Below, in pieces: positions 10,201 through 18,742 of a stretch of DNA of 64,000 bases. How positions within the stretch are numbered: position 1 is the first letter of the stretch; each line of letters starts with the position of its first letter. Both the position numbers and the translations under genes were made by a program. The notes beneath the pieces are model-generated. The model did not search any database, was not told the origin of the DNA, and saw only the letters and a list, made by a program, of their open reading frames with translations. The DNA is from Candidatus Kapaibacterium sp. Its GTDB lineage: Bacteria > Bacteroidota > Ignavibacteria > Kapaibacteriales > UBA2268. The DNA lies in NCBI GenBank assembly GCA_965140345.1, contig OZ223202.1, positions 50,093 to 114,092 on the forward strand, written 5' to 3'.

Positions 10201-10376
10201 AAGAATACCTTTAAATATTATGATATAAATAAATATTATTTCCAAATATCTACACTACCACACAATAGGAACATAGAGGAATCTTCTCTATAGTTAATAG
10301 ACTATAGGGAAAAAACGCAATTATCCATAGTGATAATGCTAAATCAAAACTATCTGGTTACTTTTTGAGGATTTGA

Positions 10377-10751
10377 TTATTTAGAAAGTAAGGCTGGAGG
10401 CGCCCTAAGATGGAAATAAAGGTAATAATCCGGAGTTCTGTAATTAGAGAGTTGCCTGTCGTAAAATCTTCTAATTACCGGGGATAACATCGAAAGAATT
10501 ATATAGATTATCGATAAAACAAGAAATTGGTGCGATATCTTGTCAAATCTCAGAAATTCTTCCTGTGTGTGATTATGTTTACCAAAAGGGCTGTGTTGGT
10601 TTCCATGACTGTCATCTACAGAAAAGTGTGAATGGTAAATTATACGACCATCCAGTGTCTTGTGGTAGTGACCATTGACAGAGAAATTAATAAATACCAA
10701 TAAGATATTGATACCTAAAAGTAAAGCTAATATTCTTTTTGAAATATTAAT
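10377..10751 (-). CDS. His-rich two-TM leader protein ending in a RAPP motif
   Basis: HYH..HSH..H..HNH cluster, second TM segment, LRAPP five codons before the stop; frame open to ATT 10751 with AAGGGG 7 nt upstream (track start TTG 10700). Confidence 0.75.
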   Translation of the reverse strand: MNISKRILALLLGINILLVFINFSVNGHYHKTLDGRIIYHSHFSVDDSHGNQHSPFGKHNHTQEEFLRFDKISHQFLVLSIIYIILSMLSPVIRRFYDRQLSNYRTPDYYLYFHLRAPPALLSK

Positions 10752-11060
10752 ACTTTAGCCCCTTAGTTGCTTGTTTAGTTTTGCCTAAAACAAATTATAA
10801 AAAAAAATCAAGTCTAAAAAGAAGTGTTTTTTTTATATTTGTTTGTAGATTATCTAACGACTGTTCTAATTAAACATAATTATAAAATAGATGAATAAAT
10901 CACTTTGAAATTCATTCATTGAAGTCTAGTAAAATGCTACAACCCTATCTTCATCAATGAAATGTTTATACATCACTTTCGAGGAATACATTTTTAGGTA
11001 ATCTTATTTAAATACTACTTTCTTTATAAAACTATAATTAAATTAAGGTAATTTTAAAAA

Positions 11061-12044
11061 ATGTCTAAAATTTCTGACCAATTAGGTAAAATCAGGGAAT
11101 CATCAGTTACGAAACTGATAGCCTATTATATTTTGATTGCTATTGCAATCCTGATTTTCAGGCAAATTGCTAATGAATATTACGATTCGTTCCAGGTTAA
11201 TGAGTTCGAAAAGGTATACGATTTAGTCATGAAAGGTATGAATATCAGGACTCATACCGACGAATTAATAGTAACTATTATAGCGCTTATTGCCACATTT
11301 ACTTATGCTCTACCAGTAGCCTGGGTTTATGTGATAACTAAAAGAGAAAAAGGCTTTGATGAATCTCTGGTGCAAGCTATAATTCTTTTAGCTGTTATTG
11401 TTACAGGCGTTATGATGGTGGTTCAGGACAGTTTAGCCAGAGCTTTCGGCTTAGTTGCCATATTATCCGCAGTTCGTTATCGGGTAGCTGTCAAGGATAT
11501 TCAGGATGCTACTTATATTTTCCTTGCGATTGCAATAGGAGTAGCAAATGGTCTTAATGTTCCGCATATTGCAATAGTCATGTCCTTTATGGTAAATATA
11601 GTTTATTTGGTATTGTGGAAATGGAAAGTAGGCGACGTTGTAATAAAAAATAAAAAAAGCTTAACAAGTGAAGAAAAGGCTGAAATAAATACAACTTTGA
11701 AAATGTCAGACATCAATTTTTCGAAAGAGAATCTTGCAAAAAAACACAAAATCGCTCTGATTATCATATCCAGGAATATGGAATATATGCCGGAAATAAA
11801 TCTCAAATTTGATGATATACTTGAAAAATGGGAATTCCATAGTGTTGAGAAATTAAACGGCTATGATACAATTTATAAAACTATTGTCCTTTGCAAGGAT
11901 ATCAAAGATAAAGGAAATACTAAGCTGTTTTCTTATCTTGAATCTTTTGGAGAAACGATTCTTTTATGGAAAATTCAACAAGTTAAAAATCCAAAGAAAA
12001 AACAAAAAGAAGGAACTGAGAATGAAGAGCAAACTAATTCCTAA
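11061..12044 (+). CDS. DUF4956-like membrane protein
   Basis: SLARAFGLVAILSAVRYRVAVKD...IFLAIAIGVANG motif. Confidence 0.8.
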   Translation: MSKISDQLGKIRESSVTKLIAYYILIAIAILIFRQIANEYYDSFQVNEFEKVYDLVMKGMNIRTHTDELIVTIIALIATFTYALPVAWVYVITKREKGFDESLVQAIILLAVIVTGVMMVVQDSLARAFGLVAILSAVRYRVAVKDIQDATYIFLAIAIGVANGLNVPHIAIVMSFMVNIVYLVLWKWKVGDVVIKNKKSLTSEEKAEINTTLKMSDINFSKENLAKKHKIALIIISRNMEYMPEINLKFDDILEKWEFHSVEKLNGYDTIYKTIVLCKDIKDKGNTKLFSYLESFGETILLWKIQQVKNPKKKQKEGTENEEQTNS

Positions 12045-12426
12045 AGAGAAGAATGTTGGCAATGATCATAATGATTTGCAGTCGCGCATTGTTTCTACCC
12101 TAGGTATGTTGATCTTATTTATTTTCTCGTTACCTCAGGTTGGCATTAATGATGCGTACCATAGAATATTGCTTTTGGAAATAGCACTTGTGGGTACAGG
12201 TGCACTGGCTTGGGGTATGGTCTTCGGACGTAAAAATATTATGGCAGGTATTGTTGCTCAGGTTGTACCATTGTTTATATATCTAATGCCAGAGTTTCTG
12301 CATCGCACATTAGCAATGATATTGGCTCCAATAGCTGCAATCCATTTGCTGATTTCTATATTTTCGCGAAAATGTATATTTAATTCAATTTTCTCTATAA
12401 ACAGTTATAAACAAAGTGAAAACTAA
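12022..12426 (+). CDS. Small membrane protein (DUF2892/YgaP-like ends)
   Basis: ATG 12022 after AAGGA; KNVG N-terminus, TM helices, CIFNSIFSINS C-terminus. Confidence 0.55.
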   Translation: MKSKLIPKEKNVGNDHNDLQSRIVSTLGMLILFIFSLPQVGINDAYHRILLLEIALVGTGALAWGMVFGRKNIMAGIVAQVVPLFIYLMPEFLHRTLAMILAPIAAIHLLISIFSRKCIFNSIFSINSYKQSEN

Positions 12427-15014
12427 TGATTAAACTACTTTCTGTTATTTCTCTTTTTCTTCTTCCTATTTTGCTTTTTGCTAAGCAGGATAGCGTTAAT
12501 GTTATTCCAGGTAAAGTTTATGACCAATCTGCTTTTCATAAGTTTATTTTCGGGAATACGTGGCGTTCTGCTTGGACAACTGAAATTAAAGTTCCGCTAC
12601 TAGATTTGGACAGTTTTGCCGGAGGTTTAACTCCTATTAAACGAGGTGGCGGTCAACAGACTAAATCATTGCGATTCCAGGGAGCTGACGGTAAAGTTTA
12701 TAAATTCAGATCTATAGAAAAATTTACAGATAAAATTCTTCAGAAAGAGCTACTTAATACTATCATCGAAGTTTTAACAAAGGATATGTTCAGTGCCTCT
12801 CACCCGCTCTCGGCTAAGATGGCTACGCCTATAATCAACTCAGTTGGAATAATGCAGGCTAAACCTTCCATATTTGTAATGCCTGATGATTCTGCTGCAT
12901 TAGGAGAATATTATACCGAATATAAGGGACTACTTGGTACCTTGGAAGTTCATCCGGATGATATACAAGATGATAATATTGAATCTTTCGGTGACGCTGA
13001 CAAAATCTTCGGAACATATAAGCTTTTTGAAAAATTGATGAACGACAATGATAATCAAGTAGATGATCTTGAATTCCTAAAGGCTAGGTTGATTGATGTG
13101 TTTTTAGGCGATTGGGACAGACATACTGATCAATGGCGCTGGGCATTATATAAAGAAGGAAAAAAGAGATATATTAAACCCATACCTCGTGACAGAGATC
13201 AGGCTTTATGTAAGTATGACGGTCTGGTTGGTTTTGGAATTAGAGAAGTAGTACCACAAATTGAATCATGCGATCCTGAGTTTCCCAAAATTTCAGATTT
13301 AACATGGTCTGGCAGGTATTTAGACAGAAAGTTTCTGACAAATATCAATAAAGAAGAATGGGATTCTGTCGCAAACTTTGTACAGAGTAAACTTACAGAT
13401 AGTGTTTTGCAGGAAGCAGTTTCAATACTTCCAAGAGAGATGTATGAAAATTCAGCTGAAAATTTACTTTATACTTTAAAACAACGAAGAGACAGTCTGA
13501 AACATGCTTCTGAAGATTATTATAAAGAAATTGCGAAATATCCTGAATTATGGGGATCTGATAAACCTGAGAAATGTATTATATATTTTATTAATGACTC
13601 TTTGGTCAATGTTAAAATCTATAAAACTAAAGATTTTGATAAAAGAGAAACTCCTATTCCATTTATTGATAGGACTTTCTCGACAAATTATACAAAAGAT
13701 GTAAGAATTTTCCTCTTTGATGGAGATGACGAATGCGTGGTAAATGGTCAGGGAAAAGCTGATATAAAGTTTACAATTCTAGGTGGAAAGGGCAAAGACG
13801 ATTTCAAAGATATATCAAATATAGAACATACTTTCCTCGGCATTTCTTATACTCCAACTCTTGTAGAATTTTGGGATGACGGAAAAAAGACAGATACTGA
13901 ATTAACTGGTGTATCAGTTCACTTGAAAAAAGAACGTAAAAGACCTAAAGATGAGGTTGCATTCTTTGAACCGGAAGTCAGAGATTGGGGACATGACTGG
14001 AAAAAGGGTGTTTGGTTTGATTTAAACTCTGATGATGGCTTGTTTCTTGGCGGAGGGCCTATTTTGTATAGATATAATTTTAATAAGGCTCCTTATGAAA
14101 TAAGACAACATCTTTTTGCCGGATATTCATTCGGTTTGAATGGAGCTAAAGCAGAATATAGTCTAACATTACCTAAATTACTATTTGGTTTTGATCTCAA
14201 CTTTACTACTTACATTTCTGAGCTTGATCAGTCTCATTTCTTTGGTTACGCAAACCAGGCAAGAAATGCTGATGATTTGGTGAAAGACTATTACAAAATC
14301 AATCAGACAATGTTTCATGCCAATATAAGATTAATTGAAAGGTTCTCTGATAATATTAATCTATATGCAGGTATGAATGTTCGTTTTTCAGATTTGGATA
14401 CTATTGCCGGCACTTATGTAGCAGATAATAAGATATATGGGAATAAAAATTTGTGGCTTCTTGATGGTGTGGTTGGAATAGAAGCAGATTATAGAGATAA
14501 TATTTTATATCCTGAATATGGCTTTTTTGCAAAGGTGGAAGATCGATATACAAGTAAAGTTTTTGATAATGAGTATGATTACGGTAACGTATCATTTGAT
14601 ATGCGAGGCTATTATACATTAAATCTACACAAGAAAGAAACTATTGCTCTAAAGGTGTTTGGATCTCATAATGTGGGATCATACCCGTTTTTTGATGCAT
14701 CATTCTTAGGAGGGTTGGAATCTTTACGAGGTTATTATAGATATAGATTCGCTTCGACAACAACAATAGGTTTAAATTTAGAAACCAGAATACAACTTTC
14801 AAGATTTAGATTTATAGTACCGGGTAATTTTGGGGTTGCAGCATTTTATGACAGAGGAAGATATTATTTTGAAAGCGAAGCTTCTGATTTTTACGACTCT
14901 TTTGGAGTGGGTGCATTCTTCACTTTTGTTGAAGATGAAAATGTAATATCTTTTTACTACAGCTTAGACGGTGAAGTAAATTCATTTTACTTTAGCTGGG
15001 GATTTCCATTTTAA
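12426..15014 (+). CDS. Omp85/BamA-family outer-membrane protein with N-terminal atypical-kinase-like domain
   Basis: Signal peptide; GGGQQT, VYKF, DWDRHTDQW, PIPRDRD; C-terminal LGG..LRGY..YRF, FYDRGR and terminal WGFPF. Confidence 0.85.
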   Translation: MIKLLSVISLFLLPILLFAKQDSVNVIPGKVYDQSAFHKFIFGNTWRSAWTTEIKVPLLDLDSFAGGLTPIKRGGGQQTKSLRFQGADGKVYKFRSIEKFTDKILQKELLNTIIEVLTKDMFSASHPLSAKMATPIINSVGIMQAKPSIFVMPDDSAALGEYYTEYKGLLGTLEVHPDDIQDDNIESFGDADKIFGTYKLFEKLMNDNDNQVDDLEFLKARLIDVFLGDWDRHTDQWRWALYKEGKKRYIKPIPRDRDQALCKYDGLVGFGIREVVPQIESCDPEFPKISDLTWSGRYLDRKFLTNINKEEWDSVANFVQSKLTDSVLQEAVSILPREMYENSAENLLYTLKQRRDSLKHASEDYYKEIAKYPELWGSDKPEKCIIYFINDSLVNVKIYKTKDFDKRETPIPFIDRTFSTNYTKDVRIFLFDGDDECVVNGQGKADIKFTILGGKGKDDFKDISNIEHTFLGISYTPTLVEFWDDGKKTDTELTGVSVHLKKERKRPKDEVAFFEPEVRDWGHDWKKGVWFDLNSDDGLFLGGGPILYRYNFNKAPYEIRQHLFAGYSFGLNGAKAEYSLTLPKLLFGFDLNFTTYISELDQSHFFGYANQARNADDLVKDYYKINQTMFHANIRLIERFSDNINLYAGMNVRFSDLDTIAGTYVADNKIYGNKNLWLLDGVVGIEADYRDNILYPEYGFFAKVEDRYTSKVFDNEYDYGNVSFDMRGYYTLNLHKKETIALKVFGSHNVGSYPFFDASFLGGLESLRGYYRYRFASTTTIGLNLETRIQLSRFRFIVPGNFGVAAFYDRGRYYFESEASDFYDSFGVGAFFTFVEDENVISFYYSLDGEVNSFYFSWGFPF

Positions 15015-15763
15015 ATGGTAGCAGCTTCGACATGTATTGTATTTTTTACTAATTTACCTTGAAGCGTATTCTTAAAAACAATCTCAGCAGTAGTTTCATA
15101 AATATTATCTACTTTTGAGCTAAAGCTAATAGGAATTTTTCCAGGTTCACCGGAAAGATCGAAAGGAGGAATTGTATAAGAAGTATTATTATTTACAGTA
15201 AATACTTCACTTGTATCTGCAAATTGAATACTTTCAACTACCAACTCTTGATTTGTGTAATTATAGATATTAATAAATTCTGATACATTATTATTAATAT
15301 CAATTGATCCAAAACTTACATCATCACAGTATATATCAGGCACTATCGCCTGCACTAAGAGCTTTGGATTAGTAAGTCCATTAGTTTCAAGAGTATCTAT
15401 ATATTCTCCAATCTCACTGGAAAAGAATCTAATATGAAACAACTGAATAGAACCGGCTGTGTTCTTTTTTTCTATTTCTAAAGGTAATTCGATGCCAGGA
15501 ATACTAAATTTTGAGTTAGCTCCAAATCCGAATGTTTTTAATGCAAACGCCATAGAGTTTAAATTTGTCACCTGAAAAGGCATCCTTTCGTCTTTATATC
15601 GGTTGATATATCCAAAGTTTACTGTAGTAGGGCTAGTACTGAGTAATGAATTACTTTTGTCATTATCGATATATTCTTTTCTGTTTGCAGGTACATCCAG
15701 AGGTGAGCTGCAACCTAATACAGATAGAAATACCAAACTCAATATAATATTTTTAAATTTCAT
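15011..15763 (-). CDS. Lipoprotein with two ASH / choice-of-anchor-D-like Ig domains
   Basis: Lipobox VLGC; repeated VNFG / VSFG Ig-like units. Confidence 0.7.
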   Translation of the reverse strand: MKFKNIILSLVFLSVLGCSSPLDVPANRKEYIDNDKSNSLLSTSPTTVNFGYINRYKDERMPFQVTNLNSMAFALKTFGFGANSKFSIPGIELPLEIEKKNTAGSIQLFHIRFFSSEIGEYIDTLETNGLTNPKLLVQAIVPDIYCDDVSFGSIDINNNVSEFINIYNYTNQELVVESIQFADTSEVFTVNNNTSYTIPPFDLSGEPGKIPISFSSKVDNIYETTAEIVFKNTLQGKLVKNTIHVEAATI

Positions 15764-17025
15764 TATAACCCAAAAGAAAATCCAAGTGACATACCTAAAC
15801 GTGATGATGAATAACTTCTACCCTGGAAGTGATAAACCATATACGAACCTTCCGCAGCCCAAACAAAGTACATTTTATTAGAAATAGGTATTTTGGTACC
15901 TAATGATGTTCTAAACATAGGTCCGATCTGGGTACCGCCAACTAAGAATCGATAGTATGGGTACAAATCGGCACCTAAATCAAGCTTGCCAAAATCATGA
16001 TTATAAGTAATACCACCCCAGAATGCCATCCAGTTTTGCTCATATCTTTTAACTAACTCACCTTCTTTAAAGGAAAATCTTTGATAGTAATTTTCCTGAC
16101 CAAATTCTATACCAATTGAATTAGATTCGTTATACTTATAGAAAAGTCCTATCGCTACATTGTTGATTATAGGTTCTGCTTCTACAGGTATATCCAAATC
16201 AGGGTAAGACTTGCCTTGATTATATTTCATTTCTAAAGAGAATCTATTCAATATTTCTATGTGTTCTTTCTGATCAACAAATGCTAACGGACCTTCAGCA
16301 AGCTGATTATTTAGTTGGAACACAGGTTCAGGTAAATTCACATCAACTCTGGCTAATGAAATATCATTTAAGAACCTTGTCTCCCTGTTTACTGTAGGGA
16401 AATTGCTAACAAAATTATTTGGCTGAGTTTCATCCATAATTTGCACAGTATTTCTGTTTTCAGGATATGATCCGGATTCAGAAAATACTGGCATATTATT
16501 AGTATTATTTCTTCTAATTATATTGGTGTTTGACTGAGAATAATTATCATCGTTTTCTACTGAACTGACTACAGGGATAGCTGCCTCTTTTGTATCCGTA
16601 GTAGTAACTTCTGTTTTAGCTGATGCAAATTGTACAGGGTTCTGCTCAACTTGGGCGTTAGGTAACATAATAAAATACATCACCACCGCTGAAAACATAG
16701 CTGCCATTGAAGTAAGGAAGAATCTATTTTTGAAGAATGCACTTCCTGCAGCTTTTTCAGCTTGATTATTCATTGCAACGGGCTTGTCCTGGGAAAGTCC
16801 AAGACGTGAGTCTAAGCTGCTTTTTAATGCCGGAGGTGGCATAAATATGCTGCTTTTAGTCATCTCTTTGACGGAGACCAGTGTGCGGAGCTCTTCCTGT
16901 AGCTCAGCATCGGAAGCAATCTCATAAAACAGAGACTGAGTATCTTCCTGAGGCAACTCTCCATCCAAAAAAGCAGATAACTTTTCTGAGGATGATAGAT
17001 ATTCTTTGTCAAACATTGTTTTCAC
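15763..17025 (-). CDS. Anti-sigma factor with TM helix and C-terminal beta-barrel-like domain
   Basis: EKLSAFLDGEL anti-sigma N-terminus, single TM, polar linker, amphipathic strands ending LGFSFGL; overlaps the sigma gene. Confidence 0.75.
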   Translation of the reverse strand: MKTMFDKEYLSSSEKLSAFLDGELPQEDTQSLFYEIASDAELQEELRTLVSVKEMTKSSIFMPPPALKSSLDSRLGLSQDKPVAMNNQAEKAAGSAFFKNRFFLTSMAAMFSAVVMYFIMLPNAQVEQNPVQFASAKTEVTTTDTKEAAIPVVSSVENDDNYSQSNTNIIRRNNTNNMPVFSESGSYPENRNTVQIMDETQPNNFVSNFPTVNRETRFLNDISLARVDVNLPEPVFQLNNQLAEGPLAFVDQKEHIEILNRFSLEMKYNQGKSYPDLDIPVEAEPIINNVAIGLFYKYNESNSIGIEFGQENYYQRFSFKEGELVKRYEQNWMAFWGGITYNHDFGKLDLGADLYPYYRFLVGGTQIGPMFRTSLGTKIPISNKMYFVWAAEGSYMVYHFQGRSYSSSRLGMSLGFSFGL

Positions 17026-17587
17026 CTTTTTGTATATCGCTAATATAAGGAGCCATTATTTCTTTTATTTTTTGTCTGGCTCTATATATTCTAATTCTCA
17101 CAGTAGAAACATTTATCTTAAGTTCTTCAGCTATTTCTTTATAGCTCATGTTCATATATTCTTTTAGCACAAAAGGCTCTTTATATTCTAATGGAAGTTC
17201 ATCTACAGTCATGTGGAGCAGATCCATTAATTCTTTCTGTTCATAAGATTTATCATATACAGGGAACTGATAATCTTGTAGATCCACACTTTGATTTACT
17301 TTTTTAGCTTTTTCATTTAAGCAGAGATTTCTGGTGACCTTAATAATAAAGCCTGCAAAATTAATCATAGACTGATTTTTTTGAGCACTTTCGTATATGC
17401 GGGCAAATGCTTCCTGAAAAATATCCTGCGCTGCCTCCTCACTAGGCATTACTTTCAGACAGTACGAGTATATATTGGATGCATAGCGGTTGTAGAGCTC
17501 ATCAAACGCAGCTTTTCTGCTACCGTCTGTGTTTGCTAACATCCCGTATAACTGTTCGTCTGTAATATTTTTCAATTCATTCGGCAT
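17009..17587 (-). CDS. ECF RNA polymerase sigma factor
   Basis: AFDELYNRY, AQDIFQEAF (region 2), MSYKEIAEEL...TVRIRIYRAR (region 4). Confidence 0.95.
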   Translation of the reverse strand: MPNELKNITDEQLYGMLANTDGSRKAAFDELYNRYASNIYSYCLKVMPSEEAAQDIFQEAFARIYESAQKNQSMINFAGFIIKVTRNLCLNEKAKKVNQSVDLQDYQFPVYDKSYEQKELMDLLHMTVDELPLEYKEPFVLKEYMNMSYKEIAEELKINVSTVRIRIYRARQKIKEIMAPYISDIQKGENNV

Positions 17588-17690
17588 TTACCCTCATACG
17601 CTTTTATAGAATAACAGATTAAGCGATGATTTGTCACAGAAAAAAATGTATATTTACAAAAAAAATTATAAATATTTTTATATAAAAGTA

Positions 17691-18548
17691 ATGTGGCTAC
17701 CTATTAACTACGATGAACCTCTTTTCAGACCTCCTGCGGAGGCAAATTCTTTGATAATACAAATTACAAAAGGCTGCTCGCACAACAAATGTTCTTTTTG
17801 TGAGATGTATACTTCAAAAAGATTTGAAATTAAATCTTTTGAAGAAATAATATCACAGATTGATATAGCCTATTCTTATTTAAGCGAAGAAGTAAGAAAA
17901 ATATTTCTTGCGGATGCAAATGCATTGGTAGGAGGATTTGAACTAATAAAGAATACTATTCTATATTTGAGAGAAAAATTCCCAAAAATCAGGCGAATTT
18001 CTTCGTATGCTCTTCCTTCCGATATTCTTAGATTAGGTGAAAAAAATCTTTTAATACTAAAGTCTCTTGGTCTGGATCTTCTTTATATCGGAATTGAATC
18101 CGGAAGTGACAGTGTTTTGCAATTGATTAACAAATCTGAATCAAAAGAAAGCACTATCGCCGGAATAAATATGGCTCACAGTTTGGGCATTAAAACATCA
18201 GTTATGATATTGAATGGGATAGGAGGAAAAAAATATAGCGAAGAACATGCATTGGAATCAGCTGATATAATTAACCAAGTGCAGCCATATTATCTATCGA
18301 CTCTAGTATTAAGCTTTCCATTCGGAATTGATCATTTCAAAAGTAGAATCAGTGACGATTTTGATATGCTTAATCAGATTGAACTTTTTAAAGAATTACA
18401 TACTTTTCTTTATAACCTCAATTTGGACTCAACTATTTTCAGAAGCGACCATGTATCTAATTCGCTAATATTGAAAGGAGTTTTAAACAAGGATAAAGAA
18501 TCTTTACTCAATCAAATTAAAACAGCTCTGCTATATCTTTCTAGATAA
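17691..18548 (+). CDS. Radical SAM protein
   Basis: CSHNKCSFC motif, FRPPAEA, GIESG, FRSDHVSN; ATG 17691 likely. Confidence 0.9.
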   Translation: MWLPINYDEPLFRPPAEANSLIIQITKGCSHNKCSFCEMYTSKRFEIKSFEEIISQIDIAYSYLSEEVRKIFLADANALVGGFELIKNTILYLREKFPKIRRISSYALPSDILRLGEKNLLILKSLGLDLLYIGIESGSDSVLQLINKSESKESTIAGINMAHSLGIKTSVMILNGIGGKKYSEEHALESADIINQVQPYYLSTLVLSFPFGIDHFKSRISDDFDMLNQIELFKELHTFLYNLNLDSTIFRSDHVSNSLILKGVLNKDKESLLNQIKTALLYLSR

Positions 18549-18742
18549 TATATAATTGAAATATAAATCATATATTTTCTAAAAAATCTACAAAATATCT
18601 AACCTTTTGTTTGTATAAGGGTATATATAGTATATAAAATGAAACTATTATAGTTTGAATTTTAAAAATAAATATTTTTTAGGAATACAAATATCAATAT
18701 TTCTTATATTTAAGCTAAATACCCATTAAATAAAGGTTCAAT

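Noticed and set aside
10331-10350. Fur box upstream of the TonB receptor
   Set aside because: Only one TGATAAT half-site; no matching inverted half.
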